From Candidatus Poribacteria bacterium (lineage in GTDB: Bacteria; Poribacteria; WGA-4E; WGA-3G): DNA of 64,000 nucleotides. A program made the position numbers and the translations under genes. The stretch covers positions 5,088,001 to 5,152,000 of the forward strand of contig OZ251518.1 of the NCBI GenBank assembly GCA_965242965.1. Reading direction: 5' to 3'. Position 1 is the stretch's first letter. Each line of letters starts with the position of its first letter. Below are positions 40,090 to 50,200 of this stretch, one piece after another. Under the pieces are notes generated by a model. The model saw nothing but the letters and a program-made list of their open reading frames with translations. It was not told the DNA's origin and did not search any database.

Positions 40090-40243
40090 TGCGCGGGCCT
40101 GTCTCGCGTTCCCACAATCCGCATAATCGTAGTGCGCGGGCCTGTCCCGCGCAAGTTCATAATCCGCATACTCGTAGTGCGCGGGCCTGTCCCGCGCAAG
40201 TTCAGAATCGGATACCCGTAGTGCACTAGGCCTGTCCCGCGCA
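40086..40243 (+). repeat. Four tandem GTAGTGCGCGGGCCTGTCCCGCGCA REP variants
   Basis: About 44-bp period; the first GTAG supplies the upstream stop codon. Confidence 0.9.
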
Positions 40244-40261
40244 AACTCACAATCGAAAAAA

Positions 40262-41611
40262 ATGCATCACCCACAACCCGCGCACCTCTATCAACGCGTC
40301 CCGATTCCAGAGGCGTTTCTAAACGAAACGTGGGGCGGCGACATCCGCATCGGCGATTTGACAGGGGATGGTAACGTCGATTTTCTCGTTTACAAATCAC
40401 TGGGCGGCATTCATCCCTGTTTTCTCGGCGCGTTCACACTGGAAGGCGAACCCCTCTGGTCCCGCGGCGACAAGCATCTGACTATTCCAGATGCAGATGC
40501 CGCGGGAACACATTTGGAAACGCTTTCTCCGGACAGGCCTGGTCCCGTCGCGATTTACGATATTGATGCCGATGGACAAGCCGAGGTTATCTGCTTTTGG
40601 GTGGATGCAGATGCAACAACGGTAAGCAAATGGAATCTCGCCGAAATTCGCCTGCTGATATTAGACGGCGCGACCGGCGAAATTAAACGCACTGCCGCGC
40701 CCGATGCACTCCAACAGTGCAACGCTTACGCCGAAGGCGAACTGCACATCCCTAATTACGTGCATCAGCGGTTGATGATTGCCAATCTCACAGGAAACAC
40801 GCAGCCGCAGGACTTCGTCGTCAAAGTCGGGGTGAAGGTGCTTGCATTTAACCACAAACTTGAGCTCCTGTGGCAGTATACCGATAAGTGGTTCCGTTAT
40901 CCAAAACACTCGGCGTATATTCCCGCTGTCGGCGACTTGAACGGCGATGGCCTTGATGAGGTTAATGGCGGCAACTTCGGACTCGCCGCCGATGGGACGG
41001 TGCTGTGGGATACCTACTTCAGCGATAACATGGACTCTGTTTTAGTTGAGGAATGGAACAACGAAAAAGCCGCCATCCTCTCCGGCGGCGGACAGGTGCT
41101 AGATAGTAGCGGCACGCCGATTCTTTCATTAGGCTCTGAAACAGTGCCACATGGACAAGAAATTCGGTGCGGTAACCTCCTCCCGGGTTCCCCGGGGCGA
41201 GAGCTCGTTATCCGCTATAACGGGCATCATCCAGAACTGATGGTAGTGGATAACAGCGGACAGATTCGGAGCAGATTTCGCGTTGATGAATCGCCGAACA
41301 ATACCGGGTTAGAGGTAATCCGCTGGCATGGACATGGTAACGCCGAACTGATTTATAGTCCCGCCGCCCTTTACGATGGCGATGGAAATAAGGTGGTGAC
41401 GTTCCCTGAACTTCCGCCGCCGAGTGGCGGTAAGATGGGATGGTATCACTGCTTCCCTGCCGATGTGTGCGGCGACGAACGCGAAGAGGTTATCCTCTAT
41501 GAGCCCTATAGTGATGCGATTTATATCTACACACCGAACCCCTTTAACCCGAGTCAGTTTCGCGGCTATACGCATACAGCACGGCAATACAACGCACGGC
41601 TCATGGATTAA
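40262..41611 (+). CDS. FG-GAP/Ca-blade beta-propeller, rhamnogalacturonan lyase (PL11)-like
   Basis: GDLTGDG, DIDADGQAEV, GDLNGDGLDE, DVCGDEREEV. Confidence 0.65.
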   Translation: MHHPQPAHLYQRVPIPEAFLNETWGGDIRIGDLTGDGNVDFLVYKSLGGIHPCFLGAFTLEGEPLWSRGDKHLTIPDADAAGTHLETLSPDRPGPVAIYDIDADGQAEVICFWVDADATTVSKWNLAEIRLLILDGATGEIKRTAAPDALQQCNAYAEGELHIPNYVHQRLMIANLTGNTQPQDFVVKVGVKVLAFNHKLELLWQYTDKWFRYPKHSAYIPAVGDLNGDGLDEVNGGNFGLAADGTVLWDTYFSDNMDSVLVEEWNNEKAAILSGGGQVLDSSGTPILSLGSETVPHGQEIRCGNLLPGSPGRELVIRYNGHHPELMVVDNSGQIRSRFRVDESPNNTGLEVIRWHGHGNAELIYSPAALYDGDGNKVVTFPELPPPSGGKMGWYHCFPADVCGDEREEVILYEPYSDAIYIYTPNPFNPSQFRGYTHTARQYNARLMD

Positions 41612-41681
41612 AGGAGTCGTAAGGGAGGATTTCTATATCCGTTCGCCTCTACAAACACACTGAATTCGGAATCAAAACATC

Positions 41682-42953
41682 ATGGCCACCTCAACCATCA
41701 ATAAATTCCTGCTCATCTCAATCGATTGCTGGCGGTTTGACGCGCTCAGCCGCACCAATCCGTCCTTCAATACGCCCAAGTTTGAGCTCCTGACGAAAGA
41801 CTTCTCCCTCGCCGAGAAGTTCTTCGTCACCGCGCCTGCGACGCGTCCATCGCATACCTCCTATTTTACCGGGCTCTATCCGTTTGAGCACGGCGTTTAC
41901 GGGCAAACCTATCTGAAGATGTTTGAGGGCATCCCGAACCTCTTTCAGATTTTTGCCGATGCCGGGTATCATATCACGGGCCGTTCGGAACGGCATGAAG
42001 TATTCCGCTTCCTCGATTTTGAGCCGTTCATCACACCGCTTGACCCGGGTGCTACGGCGCAACACCTCGGTTCGCTTGAAGATTGCATCCGGCACCTCGC
42101 GCAACCCTCAGATACGCCGCAGTTCTGCTTCCTCCATTTTTGGTATACGCACGGCGGCTACGGTATGTCAGGCATCCCATCCGCACCTAATTTCAAGACG
42201 CTTGTGGAGAGCGGTAGAACCGATGAAGCACTATGCTTCTATTACGCCGCCGTGACGCACGTGCTGGAGTTCAAATTGGTCGAAATCCTGAAACACCTGC
42301 GCCTTTCCGAGTGGGCAGTCTTCATCTTCGGAGACCACGGTGAAGGCATCTGTGAAGAAATCATCGCGCACGGCGACACGCTGAATCAGAATGTGTTGCA
42401 TGTCCCGCTGTTGATGCATATTCCGAATGTTGGAAAATTGGATTTTCCGAATGCCCCGCTGTGCTCCCTCGATCTTTTTCCGACAATCACCAACCTCGCT
42501 GGCATTGACATTGACGTGGACTATCACGGCTATGGGAAAAACCTACTCGCGCCGGAAGCAATTGACGAAAACCGACTTGTGCTATCGGAATTAGATAGTC
42601 TATACGGCATTGGATTTCTGAGTCGGAGCAACCTGGAAATGCCGCACCACCGCGTCACCTCTCGCATATCGGTTGACAACGTTGAGATTCATCGGTATGC
42701 AGAAGGCGTTCGACTCTGGTCCCTCACCGATGGCGAGCATCTCTATCGCGAAGATGAGAAAACGGGTGAGTTTGTTTACCGAGAGGTGCTGAGTGGCGAG
42801 GATTTGCCGTGCGATGAGTCGGAACGTTTCCGCGCGGCTTATGACGACATCCTGATGAATTCCCATTACCAGCACCTCCAATTCCAAGAGACGACTGCGG
42901 AGGAGACAGAGATTCTGGAAGGGCGGCTGCGGGATTTGGGGTATGTGGAGTAA
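41682..42953 (+). CDS. Sulfatase-like alkaline-phosphatase-superfamily hydrolase/transferase
   Basis: LISIDCWRFD, TRPSHTSYFTG, GDHGE, LHVPL, RLRDLGY. Confidence 0.85.
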   Translation: MATSTINKFLLISIDCWRFDALSRTNPSFNTPKFELLTKDFSLAEKFFVTAPATRPSHTSYFTGLYPFEHGVYGQTYLKMFEGIPNLFQIFADAGYHITGRSERHEVFRFLDFEPFITPLDPGATAQHLGSLEDCIRHLAQPSDTPQFCFLHFWYTHGGYGMSGIPSAPNFKTLVESGRTDEALCFYYAAVTHVLEFKLVEILKHLRLSEWAVFIFGDHGEGICEEIIAHGDTLNQNVLHVPLLMHIPNVGKLDFPNAPLCSLDLFPTITNLAGIDIDVDYHGYGKNLLAPEAIDENRLVLSELDSLYGIGFLSRSNLEMPHHRVTSRISVDNVEIHRYAEGVRLWSLTDGEHLYREDEKTGEFVYREVLSGEDLPCDESERFRAAYDDILMNSHYQHLQFQETTAEETEILEGRLRDLGYVE

Positions 42954-43149
42954 GTGTTCGCGGGATTTACGAATCCCGCGAGCCGACTTTATGCATTGAT
43001 TGCGGTGAATCGCTTCACCAATTCCTTCTTCACCGCTTTCACCAGTTTGCTGTCATCTACCTCACACCCGGAACGATTCCGTTTCCCCGGTAGGAGAGAC
43101 CTCCCAGTCTTGATTTTTCCTCCCGGTAGGCGAGACCAGGAGGTCTCGC

Positions 43150-44859
43150 CTACCGAGCGGGTAAGGTTGTCAACACAATCTGCGCCTCGTCTTGCTGGAT
43201 GTCAGGCGGGAGCGGTTTGTAGGTGCCGTCAGGCAGCCGCTGCATCCCGCGGACCTTATCTGCTGCGAGTTGCGCATCCTTCTCTGCCAAGTAGAAGTAT
43301 CCGTCCTCTTCGTAAGTTTCAATGTCCGGAAACGGTTTCGTTCGCGCGGCAACCACCAAGAGCTCAACGCCAAACGGGGGTGTGCAGCGAAACTCGCCAA
43401 TCTCAACGTCGGTATTGGCTTGAGACGCGTCAATATAGTAGTCGTCTTGGAGGAGCGTGTATCTGCCGGTTTCAACCGGGCCCCTAAGGTTTCCACGTTC
43501 TCTTTCATCAGCGAGGATATAGAGCAGCCGGAGGTGGGCTGGTTGATTCACCCGCACAAAGACTTTCATTCTCTCGTCTTCGGTGTAAAGCACGGGGCCG
43601 CTACCTTTGTTTGTCCGGGCTTCAACCTTTAAACGGCCGTCGGTGAAAACCCGCCGTTCAACGAAAACTTTTGGATCGAACTGTTCCATTCCTCGCTCGC
43701 CGAGGGCATAGTCTGGCGGCGCGAAAGTTTCCTGTTCAGCACGAGCTGGCTGATAACCGGGTGGTTCAAAAGCAATCGGCGGACTGTAGCGGAGCTCCGA
43801 CTTGCGAAATGGCACGACAGTCGCTGCCAGAAATTCCCCTGTTTTTACATCGCGTAGGGCAGCCCGGAGGGTGAGTTCATCTCCGTTCTTCCAATAGGCA
43901 CCGTAAAGTTTTAACTGAGGATTCGGGCGGCGGATATTGGCATTTTCTTCCGTGGAGCCGCGCATTCTTTCAACAGTATCCCACTCAATTTTTTCCCGAA
44001 AGCCGTCGACGAAAATGAGATGAGATGGGCTGCACATCCCAGAATCTTCATAGGGGAACGGTTCTACCCAGACTTTGCGCCCAGGGCGGGGCACTTGCCG
44101 TAACAGTTGAGACGCAGCGACATAGGCTACATCCTCAAGAGAAACAATCGGTTTTTCCTCTAGTTCCGCAACGCGCTTAACGACGTGCCTGAACGAACTT
44201 TTATCAGTTGCTGTTGCAGCCTGCGCCATTTCCGCGAACGCTTGCGTCAAATGCGTCGAATGAGGATAATATGCCGCGCCTAGTTGAATGAGTTGCGCCT
44301 CTCTCAACGCTTCGTAAAGCGGATAGGTGCTCAAGTATTTCTGCACCGCGCTGGGGATGTCAAGATTGTCCTCCGCGGCTTGAGCTTTGTCAAGGATGCG
44401 GCGAATCTTTCGTTGCAGCTCTGATTCACGTTCGGCATAGATAACCTTGAGTTCGGCGCGGTTGACATAAGCGATGGCGTAGGTATCCAAATCTGTGCGC
44501 GCCCTATCTACCGTCAGGTTCCTGTTATGGAGCCCCGAGAGTTTCATTGATTCTGAACTCACGAGGACTGTGCTGTAGTGTTCCACTACCATGTTGTATT
44601 GCAAGTTATTGCTGTTGGCGTTAAGAATGCACCAGACCATGGCAACAATCCGTTTCGCCGCTTCCTTTCGGGCTTCTGCGGCAGCAATCTCAAAGGATTT
44701 TTCGCCAATTCCCCGGCCTCGCCCTACGTCGAAAAGGAACGTTTCAACGGGATACCTGCTGAGCTCCGGTAGGACCCAATCCGGTAAATCTGACTGTGCA
44801 GCATGCGCTGTTGCAGTTGCCGCAAACACAATCAGCAAGCAAACAAAAAATCTTTTCAT
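43150..44859 (-). CDS. Secreted protein: LPP20-like N-terminus, FlgO-like middle, DUF4384 C-terminus
   Basis: Signal peptide ATAHA; PDWV..AEARKEAA; YTEDERMKVFVRVNQPAHLRLLY..PPFGVELLVVAA. Confidence 0.7.
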   Translation of the reverse strand: MKRFFVCLLIVFAATATAHAAQSDLPDWVLPELSRYPVETFLFDVGRGRGIGEKSFEIAAAEARKEAAKRIVAMVWCILNANSNNLQYNMVVEHYSTVLVSSESMKLSGLHNRNLTVDRARTDLDTYAIAYVNRAELKVIYAERESELQRKIRRILDKAQAAEDNLDIPSAVQKYLSTYPLYEALREAQLIQLGAAYYPHSTHLTQAFAEMAQAATATDKSSFRHVVKRVAELEEKPIVSLEDVAYVAASQLLRQVPRPGRKVWVEPFPYEDSGMCSPSHLIFVDGFREKIEWDTVERMRGSTEENANIRRPNPQLKLYGAYWKNGDELTLRAALRDVKTGEFLAATVVPFRKSELRYSPPIAFEPPGYQPARAEQETFAPPDYALGERGMEQFDPKVFVERRVFTDGRLKVEARTNKGSGPVLYTEDERMKVFVRVNQPAHLRLLYILADERERGNLRGPVETGRYTLLQDDYYIDASQANTDVEIGEFRCTPPFGVELLVVAARTKPFPDIETYEEDGYFYLAEKDAQLAADKVRGMQRLPDGTYKPLPPDIQQDEAQIVLTTLPAR

Positions 44860-44901
44860 CTGTTAAGGATTCCTTATTTTAGTTAGTAGGTTGATAGTTT
44901 G

Positions 44902-44932
44902 GCTGACTTGATGCCGAAGCATCAAAGTCAGC
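44902..44932. other. Intergenic stem-loop
   Basis: GCTGACTTGATGC-CGAA-GCATCAAAGTCAGC. Confidence 0.55.
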
Positions 44933-44954
44933 GGATTCTCTCCGATTTGCGATG

Positions 44955-47165
44955 TTACTTTGCGATGAACAGGAAATCGCTCCCTGTCTCATCGCTTCCG
45001 AATCTACCGTAGCGCGGTTGAGGGCTCACCTCCTTGATGTAACCGAAAAGTTCGTCAAGGGTTAAGACGCTGTCTTCGCCGCCACCACTGCGTAGTGCCT
45101 CAAGGAATTTGCTGACAAACGGTGATGGGCCAGCCTCCTTTCCACTGAACGTGAGATACCGACGACTCCCGGCATCCCTACCCCTTTCGTCTTCGCGCAA
45201 GGAATTGGATGTTCCACTGAAGCGCGCATCTATCATCAGTAAGATATGTTGACACTGGGCACCGTCAAGAAGTTCCCAGAGAGATTCCTGGGAGACATAA
45301 CTGGTTAGCCCCGGGTCATCCGCTTCAAGTTTTGTGTCTTGAGCGACGATGTAGTCTTTTCCGAGGGACACATCAAAATACCCGCGTCCAGCGAAGAAAA
45401 CGAGGAGCTGATCTTCAGCGTCGTACTGCCGTATTGCATATTCATTGAGTTTTTCCAAGAGTTCGGTTCGCGCTGGATTTTCGACGAGTTCAACGTCAAA
45501 ACCGTAGGTTTGCTCCAGTTCCGTCTTGATTTTCATCGCATCAGGAATTGGATTGACGAGCTCTTCCCAATGTTCATAGGCATTGGTGGCGAACACTAGC
45601 GCGTTACCTTTTCTTATCGGCGGTGGTGGAGGTTCAACAATTGGCAATTCAATTGTCGCTCGCACATCCGCGCCGCCGAATTTATCAGTGATAGACACGT
45701 TCAGTATTAGGATTTGTGTCGTGCTGTTCTGTCTGATACCAACGTTGAAGGTATCCTTTTTGGACGCACCGGGGATGATGTCGCCGAGGTTTCTTGAGGG
45801 TTCTCCGAACAATTCAATCCCTTGTTCACCTTCTACCTCTATGCGGACAGTGACATCTTCGGCGTTTCCCTCGCCACTGTTTGTAACAGTTATCGAGAAA
45901 TCAATGGATTCACCCGGTTGAATAACCCCATCGCCATTGCCAACATCCTCAACGTAGGAATAATGGTAATCAAATTTTGGCGGTGGTGCGCCCACGATGT
46001 GCAGTCGCCTCTCCTTATCAGGCGGCGCGTAATTGTTATATTCCGCGAAACGCAGCGGGATTGTGAGAGTCTGTGTTTTCATAGAGGCCTCTGTTTTGAC
46101 AGGCAATTTCAACGTTCGCGATGCCCCTACGGCAATCTTTCCAAACTCCAACTTCTTGTTTTTGAACGCGGACTCGGTGCTCACAGTGTGAGTGGTGAAA
46201 CGGTAAAGAGCCCCTTTGCCGCTATTTTCGACAGTGACGCTTAATGTTGTCGTGTCTCCTGCACGCACCGGGTTGGGTTTCCAACGGGCTTCAACAACTT
46301 TCGCTAACGGTTTTCCCACCGGTTGGCCCGTTGAAAACATATCAATGCCTTCAACAACTTTGAGCGCGTGCCACCGAAACGGTTTTAATTGTTCCCATCC
46401 CTCAAGAGTGAGGGTTTCTTCGCCTGTTTTTCCATCAACCTTTGTGGAAGCGTGCACGTCAATAGATGAAAGGTTCAAGAAAGGCTTTGGTTCTTCGAGT
46501 CCATACAAGAATCCATGAATTGGGACTGTTTCATCGCCGGATGTCGTTCGGTACTGCTTGCTAAAATCGTAGGTTGGCAGTTCAATGCGATAATCCTGTT
46601 GTCTGATGCCTTGCAGTGAGCCCGCCTCTTCGCCTGTCTGCGCCCAACCTGTCCGGTGGGTTCGCCTAATGCTTCCGATGAGCCGATAAAGGACGATATC
46701 CACCGGCACACCTATCATTATCGCTTTGTTCCAGAAACTGGTTCCCTCCCAGTCAAACCGGAAATCATAGGGCTCAAAGTTGTCCCAGTCGACCTGGGTA
46801 TCCGCCAACTTTTCCTCCTTATATAACCACGTATCGTAGATTGCCTTACCCCAAAGTGCGGTGGTAGCGAGTCCAACCGCCAAATCGAGAAGTGTGGATT
46901 CGGGACGGTATTTGATGATGTCGCGCTGTTCAATTTTGTAATGGGGGACATATTGCAATTGAAACCGGAAGTCAGTTTCTGTTGCACCGAATTGAATCTG
47001 GAAGTCGCGGGGGTGCACCTCATTTCGGCGTTCTTCGGTATCAACGACAGTCGTCCTGTCGATGCCGTATCCAAAACTATTTTCCACGAGTCTGACTGCA
47101 GAGCATCCTGCTGTGCTCAGCACAATCACGCTGAACACCAAGACGTTGATGAGTTTGTGTTTCAT
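44955..47165 (-). CDS. Lipoprotein with two CARDB/Ig-like domains and a catalytically dead caspase (C14) domain
   Basis: Lipobox TAGC; GNGDGVIQPGE; caspase motifs read FFAGRG and MIDARF instead of AGHG and DAC. Confidence 0.85.
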   Translation of the reverse strand: MKHKLINVLVFSVIVLSTAGCSAVRLVENSFGYGIDRTTVVDTEERRNEVHPRDFQIQFGATETDFRFQLQYVPHYKIEQRDIIKYRPESTLLDLAVGLATTALWGKAIYDTWLYKEEKLADTQVDWDNFEPYDFRFDWEGTSFWNKAIMIGVPVDIVLYRLIGSIRRTHRTGWAQTGEEAGSLQGIRQQDYRIELPTYDFSKQYRTTSGDETVPIHGFLYGLEEPKPFLNLSSIDVHASTKVDGKTGEETLTLEGWEQLKPFRWHALKVVEGIDMFSTGQPVGKPLAKVVEARWKPNPVRAGDTTTLSVTVENSGKGALYRFTTHTVSTESAFKNKKLEFGKIAVGASRTLKLPVKTEASMKTQTLTIPLRFAEYNNYAPPDKERRLHIVGAPPPKFDYHYSYVEDVGNGDGVIQPGESIDFSITVTNSGEGNAEDVTVRIEVEGEQGIELFGEPSRNLGDIIPGASKKDTFNVGIRQNSTTQILILNVSITDKFGGADVRATIELPIVEPPPPPIRKGNALVFATNAYEHWEELVNPIPDAMKIKTELEQTYGFDVELVENPARTELLEKLNEYAIRQYDAEDQLLVFFAGRGYFDVSLGKDYIVAQDTKLEADDPGLTSYVSQESLWELLDGAQCQHILLMIDARFSGTSNSLREDERGRDAGSRRYLTFSGKEAGPSPFVSKFLEALRSGGGEDSVLTLDELFGYIKEVSPQPRYGRFGSDETGSDFLFIAK

Positions 47166-47236
47166 ATGCCGTTCCTTTTCGGTTTTTGAAATGATACCAA
47201 AATTCACGAAAAAAGTCAACTGTGTGCTGCTGACAC

Positions 47237-50200
47237 TTACTTCGTGATGAACAGAAAATCACTCCCGGGTTCATTGCGATGTCCGAATTTGCCTTGGTGA
47301 GGTTGGGGTTTCGCCTGCTCAACGTAACTGAAAAGCTCATTGAGGGTTAAGATTCCATCTTCGCCGCCTCTATCGCGGAGTGCCTCAAGCACCCAGTAGG
47401 CAAATTCTGATTTGTCGGGAACGTATTCGTTGCCGCCGGAAGTCATGTAGCGACGTGTCTTATACCCCATCACACGTTCAACGTTCACGGGCTTATCCTC
47501 ATTCTCCGCGCCTCTATGCCCGAGGAGTTCGTGATCGAGTGTTCCACCGAAGCAGGCATCTATCATCAGAAAGATATGTTTGCACGCAATATTGTCAATG
47601 CGTTCCTTGAGCAGCGGATAGGAAATATAACTGATGTGTTCTCTGTCGTTATCAGGCAGCTCCGTATCACGGGCGACGAGGTATCCGATTGGGAAAATCT
47701 CATCGAAATAGCCGTGCCCGGCGAAGAATATCATCACCTGGTCTTCGGGGTGATACGTCTTGGCTGCGTATTCACGGAGTTTAGCGAAGACCTCCTGCAT
47801 CGTCGGGTTGAGAATCAATTCAACTTCAAAACCGTAGGTATCCACTAATTCCGTTTCAATTTTCATCGCGTCAAGGCTTGGATTGTGGAGTTTCTGCCAG
47901 TGTTCGTATTCATTCACAGCAAACAACAGTGCGTAATCCTTTCCCTTCCTTTCATATCCATTCGGCACAACCGGCACACCACAATCGATGATGAGATTCT
48001 TGACTGCCTCGTTCCCCAGGGTATCCGTTGCCGTGATATGAATGCGGTTCTCCCCAAGGACAAGCGTGATATCTTTCACGAATTGCCCTGTTTCTGAAAC
48101 CTGCACCCGTTCGCCGTTGACGCGAACTTCGGCAATCCCACTCCTGTCATGGGCCCTGCCAATGAGAGGCAACTCCTTCTCCGTGACAACGATTATTGGT
48201 TGGAAGCCGCGGACCCCCGGCGGCGAGTCAATGAAAATCTCGGGGCCTTCATCATCTGGCTCTTCTGGTTCTGGCCGTGTGATGGTAAGTGTCGTAGTCG
48301 CCGTGAGCCCCCACTCATCTGTTGCCATGACAGAGATTGGGTTTTCACCATAGTTCAGCGGGACTTCTGCCTTGAATGCACCGGTTTTCAAGACTCGCAC
48401 CGGTTTCTCGTTGACGGTAACATCACGAATTCCGCTAGCAGGGTTGACGGTCCCGGCGATAATTATCTGCTTGTCCCTCTCTTCAACGGTGAAAGGTGAA
48501 CGGCGCGGATAGTTGATGTCAATCGTAAGGGACGGATTGCGAATGAAGGTGACTACCTCGGATGCTTCGTTTCCCCACCTATCGGTTGCCGTGATAGTGA
48601 TGTGATTTTCACCGGGGACGAGCGAAACTTCTGCCTTGAATGCACCGTTTGGCAAAACCCGCACCGGTTCCTCGTTGACGGTGACTTTAGGGATTTCACC
48701 ACTGTTATCAGTGACGTTCCCCGTGACAATTTTCTTGTCGTCATCCGGTGCAACCATAAAAGGCGATTCGGGAGGGAAATTGATGACAATCTCTGGCGGA
48801 ATGTCATCTACGCGAGTGACTAGAACTTCCTCAGTTTTTCTGTTGCCCCAGGTATCTGTTGCCGTGATGAGGATGCGATTTTTACCAAAGTTCAGGGCGA
48901 ATTCTTCCTGAAATGCGCCGACTGGCGAAACCTGCACCCGTACGCCATTGACAGTCACTTCCGAAATCCCGCTAGCATCTACGGCTCTGCCTGAAATCGG
49001 CAGCATCTCCGCCGAGGTAGTTGGTGGTATCGGCGGGTTAATGACAATTTCGGGTGGTGTATTATCGCCACCGCGGTTGATTATGAGTTCCTTCTTCGCT
49101 GGATTTCCCGCCATGTCTATTGCGACAATGCTGATGCTATTCGCGCCCGAGTCAAGAGCGACTTCTGCTTTGAATGCGCCGGTTTCCAAAACCCGCACCT
49201 TTTTCTCGTTGACGCTGACCTCGGCAATCCCACTAGAGTCCATCGCACTCCCGGATACGACAATCTTTCTCACATCCGCTTTGACGGTAAAAGGCGAACT
49301 GGGAGGATAATGGATAGCAATTTCGGGTAGCACCGTATCCCGAAGCGGAGGCGGTATTGGAACTACATCGCGCAGATTCCAGATTAAAACAGTGCTATCT
49401 CGGCTTCCGGTAGCGAGCATCGTTCCCATCGGTGAAAAGGCTACTGAAGTCACCCCATCAGTGTGCCCTTCAAGGGAAGCGAGTTTCGTTCTAGATGAAA
49501 CATCCCATAGGTTCACATTATCGCTAACACTTGTCAATCCTGTGGCGAGCATCTTCCCATCAGGCGAAAAAGTTAGTGCCTCTACATAGCCAATGTGTTC
49601 AAGGGTTGCAACGGCTTGCCCGGTAGAGACATCCCAGAACTTTACGGCATTGTCACTACTGCCACTTGCGAGCATTTTGCCATCGGGTGAAAATGCAACC
49701 GCGTACACAGAATGGCTGTGCCCGTTTAAGGGCCTGATTTCAGGTTCGGCACTAACAGTCCAGAGTTTGACAGTGCCATCATAACTTCCCGATGCAAGGG
49801 TATCTGCATTTGGGGAAAATGCAATGGAAGATACAGCCCCTCGGTGGCCTTCAACGGTGAAATTTTCGTTTATTCTTATCCCGAACCGCCGGCGGGATGT
49901 TGTGTCAACAGACCAGGTTCTTATTTTGCCATCGTAACTCCCGCTAGCGAGCGTCTGTCCATCGGGCGAAAACCGAACCGTCTGGACCCAATTTCTGTGC
50001 TTCAGCGTCTCAATTTCATGCCGGCTATCCACATTCCACAATTTGACAGTTTTATCGGCACTTGCCGAGGCGAGCAACTTTCCATCTGGTGAAAACGCTA
50101 CCGACTTCACCCAGTCTTTGTGCCCGGTGAGCGGCGAGAGTTCGCGATGGGCAACAGTATCCCACAGTTGGACGGTGTTATCACTAACGCCGCTGACGAG

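Noticed and set aside
42987-43090. Coding-like fragment EVDDSKLVKAVKKELVKRFTAINA* on the minus strand
   Set aside because: No start codon and not in frame with the upstream gene; at most a remnant
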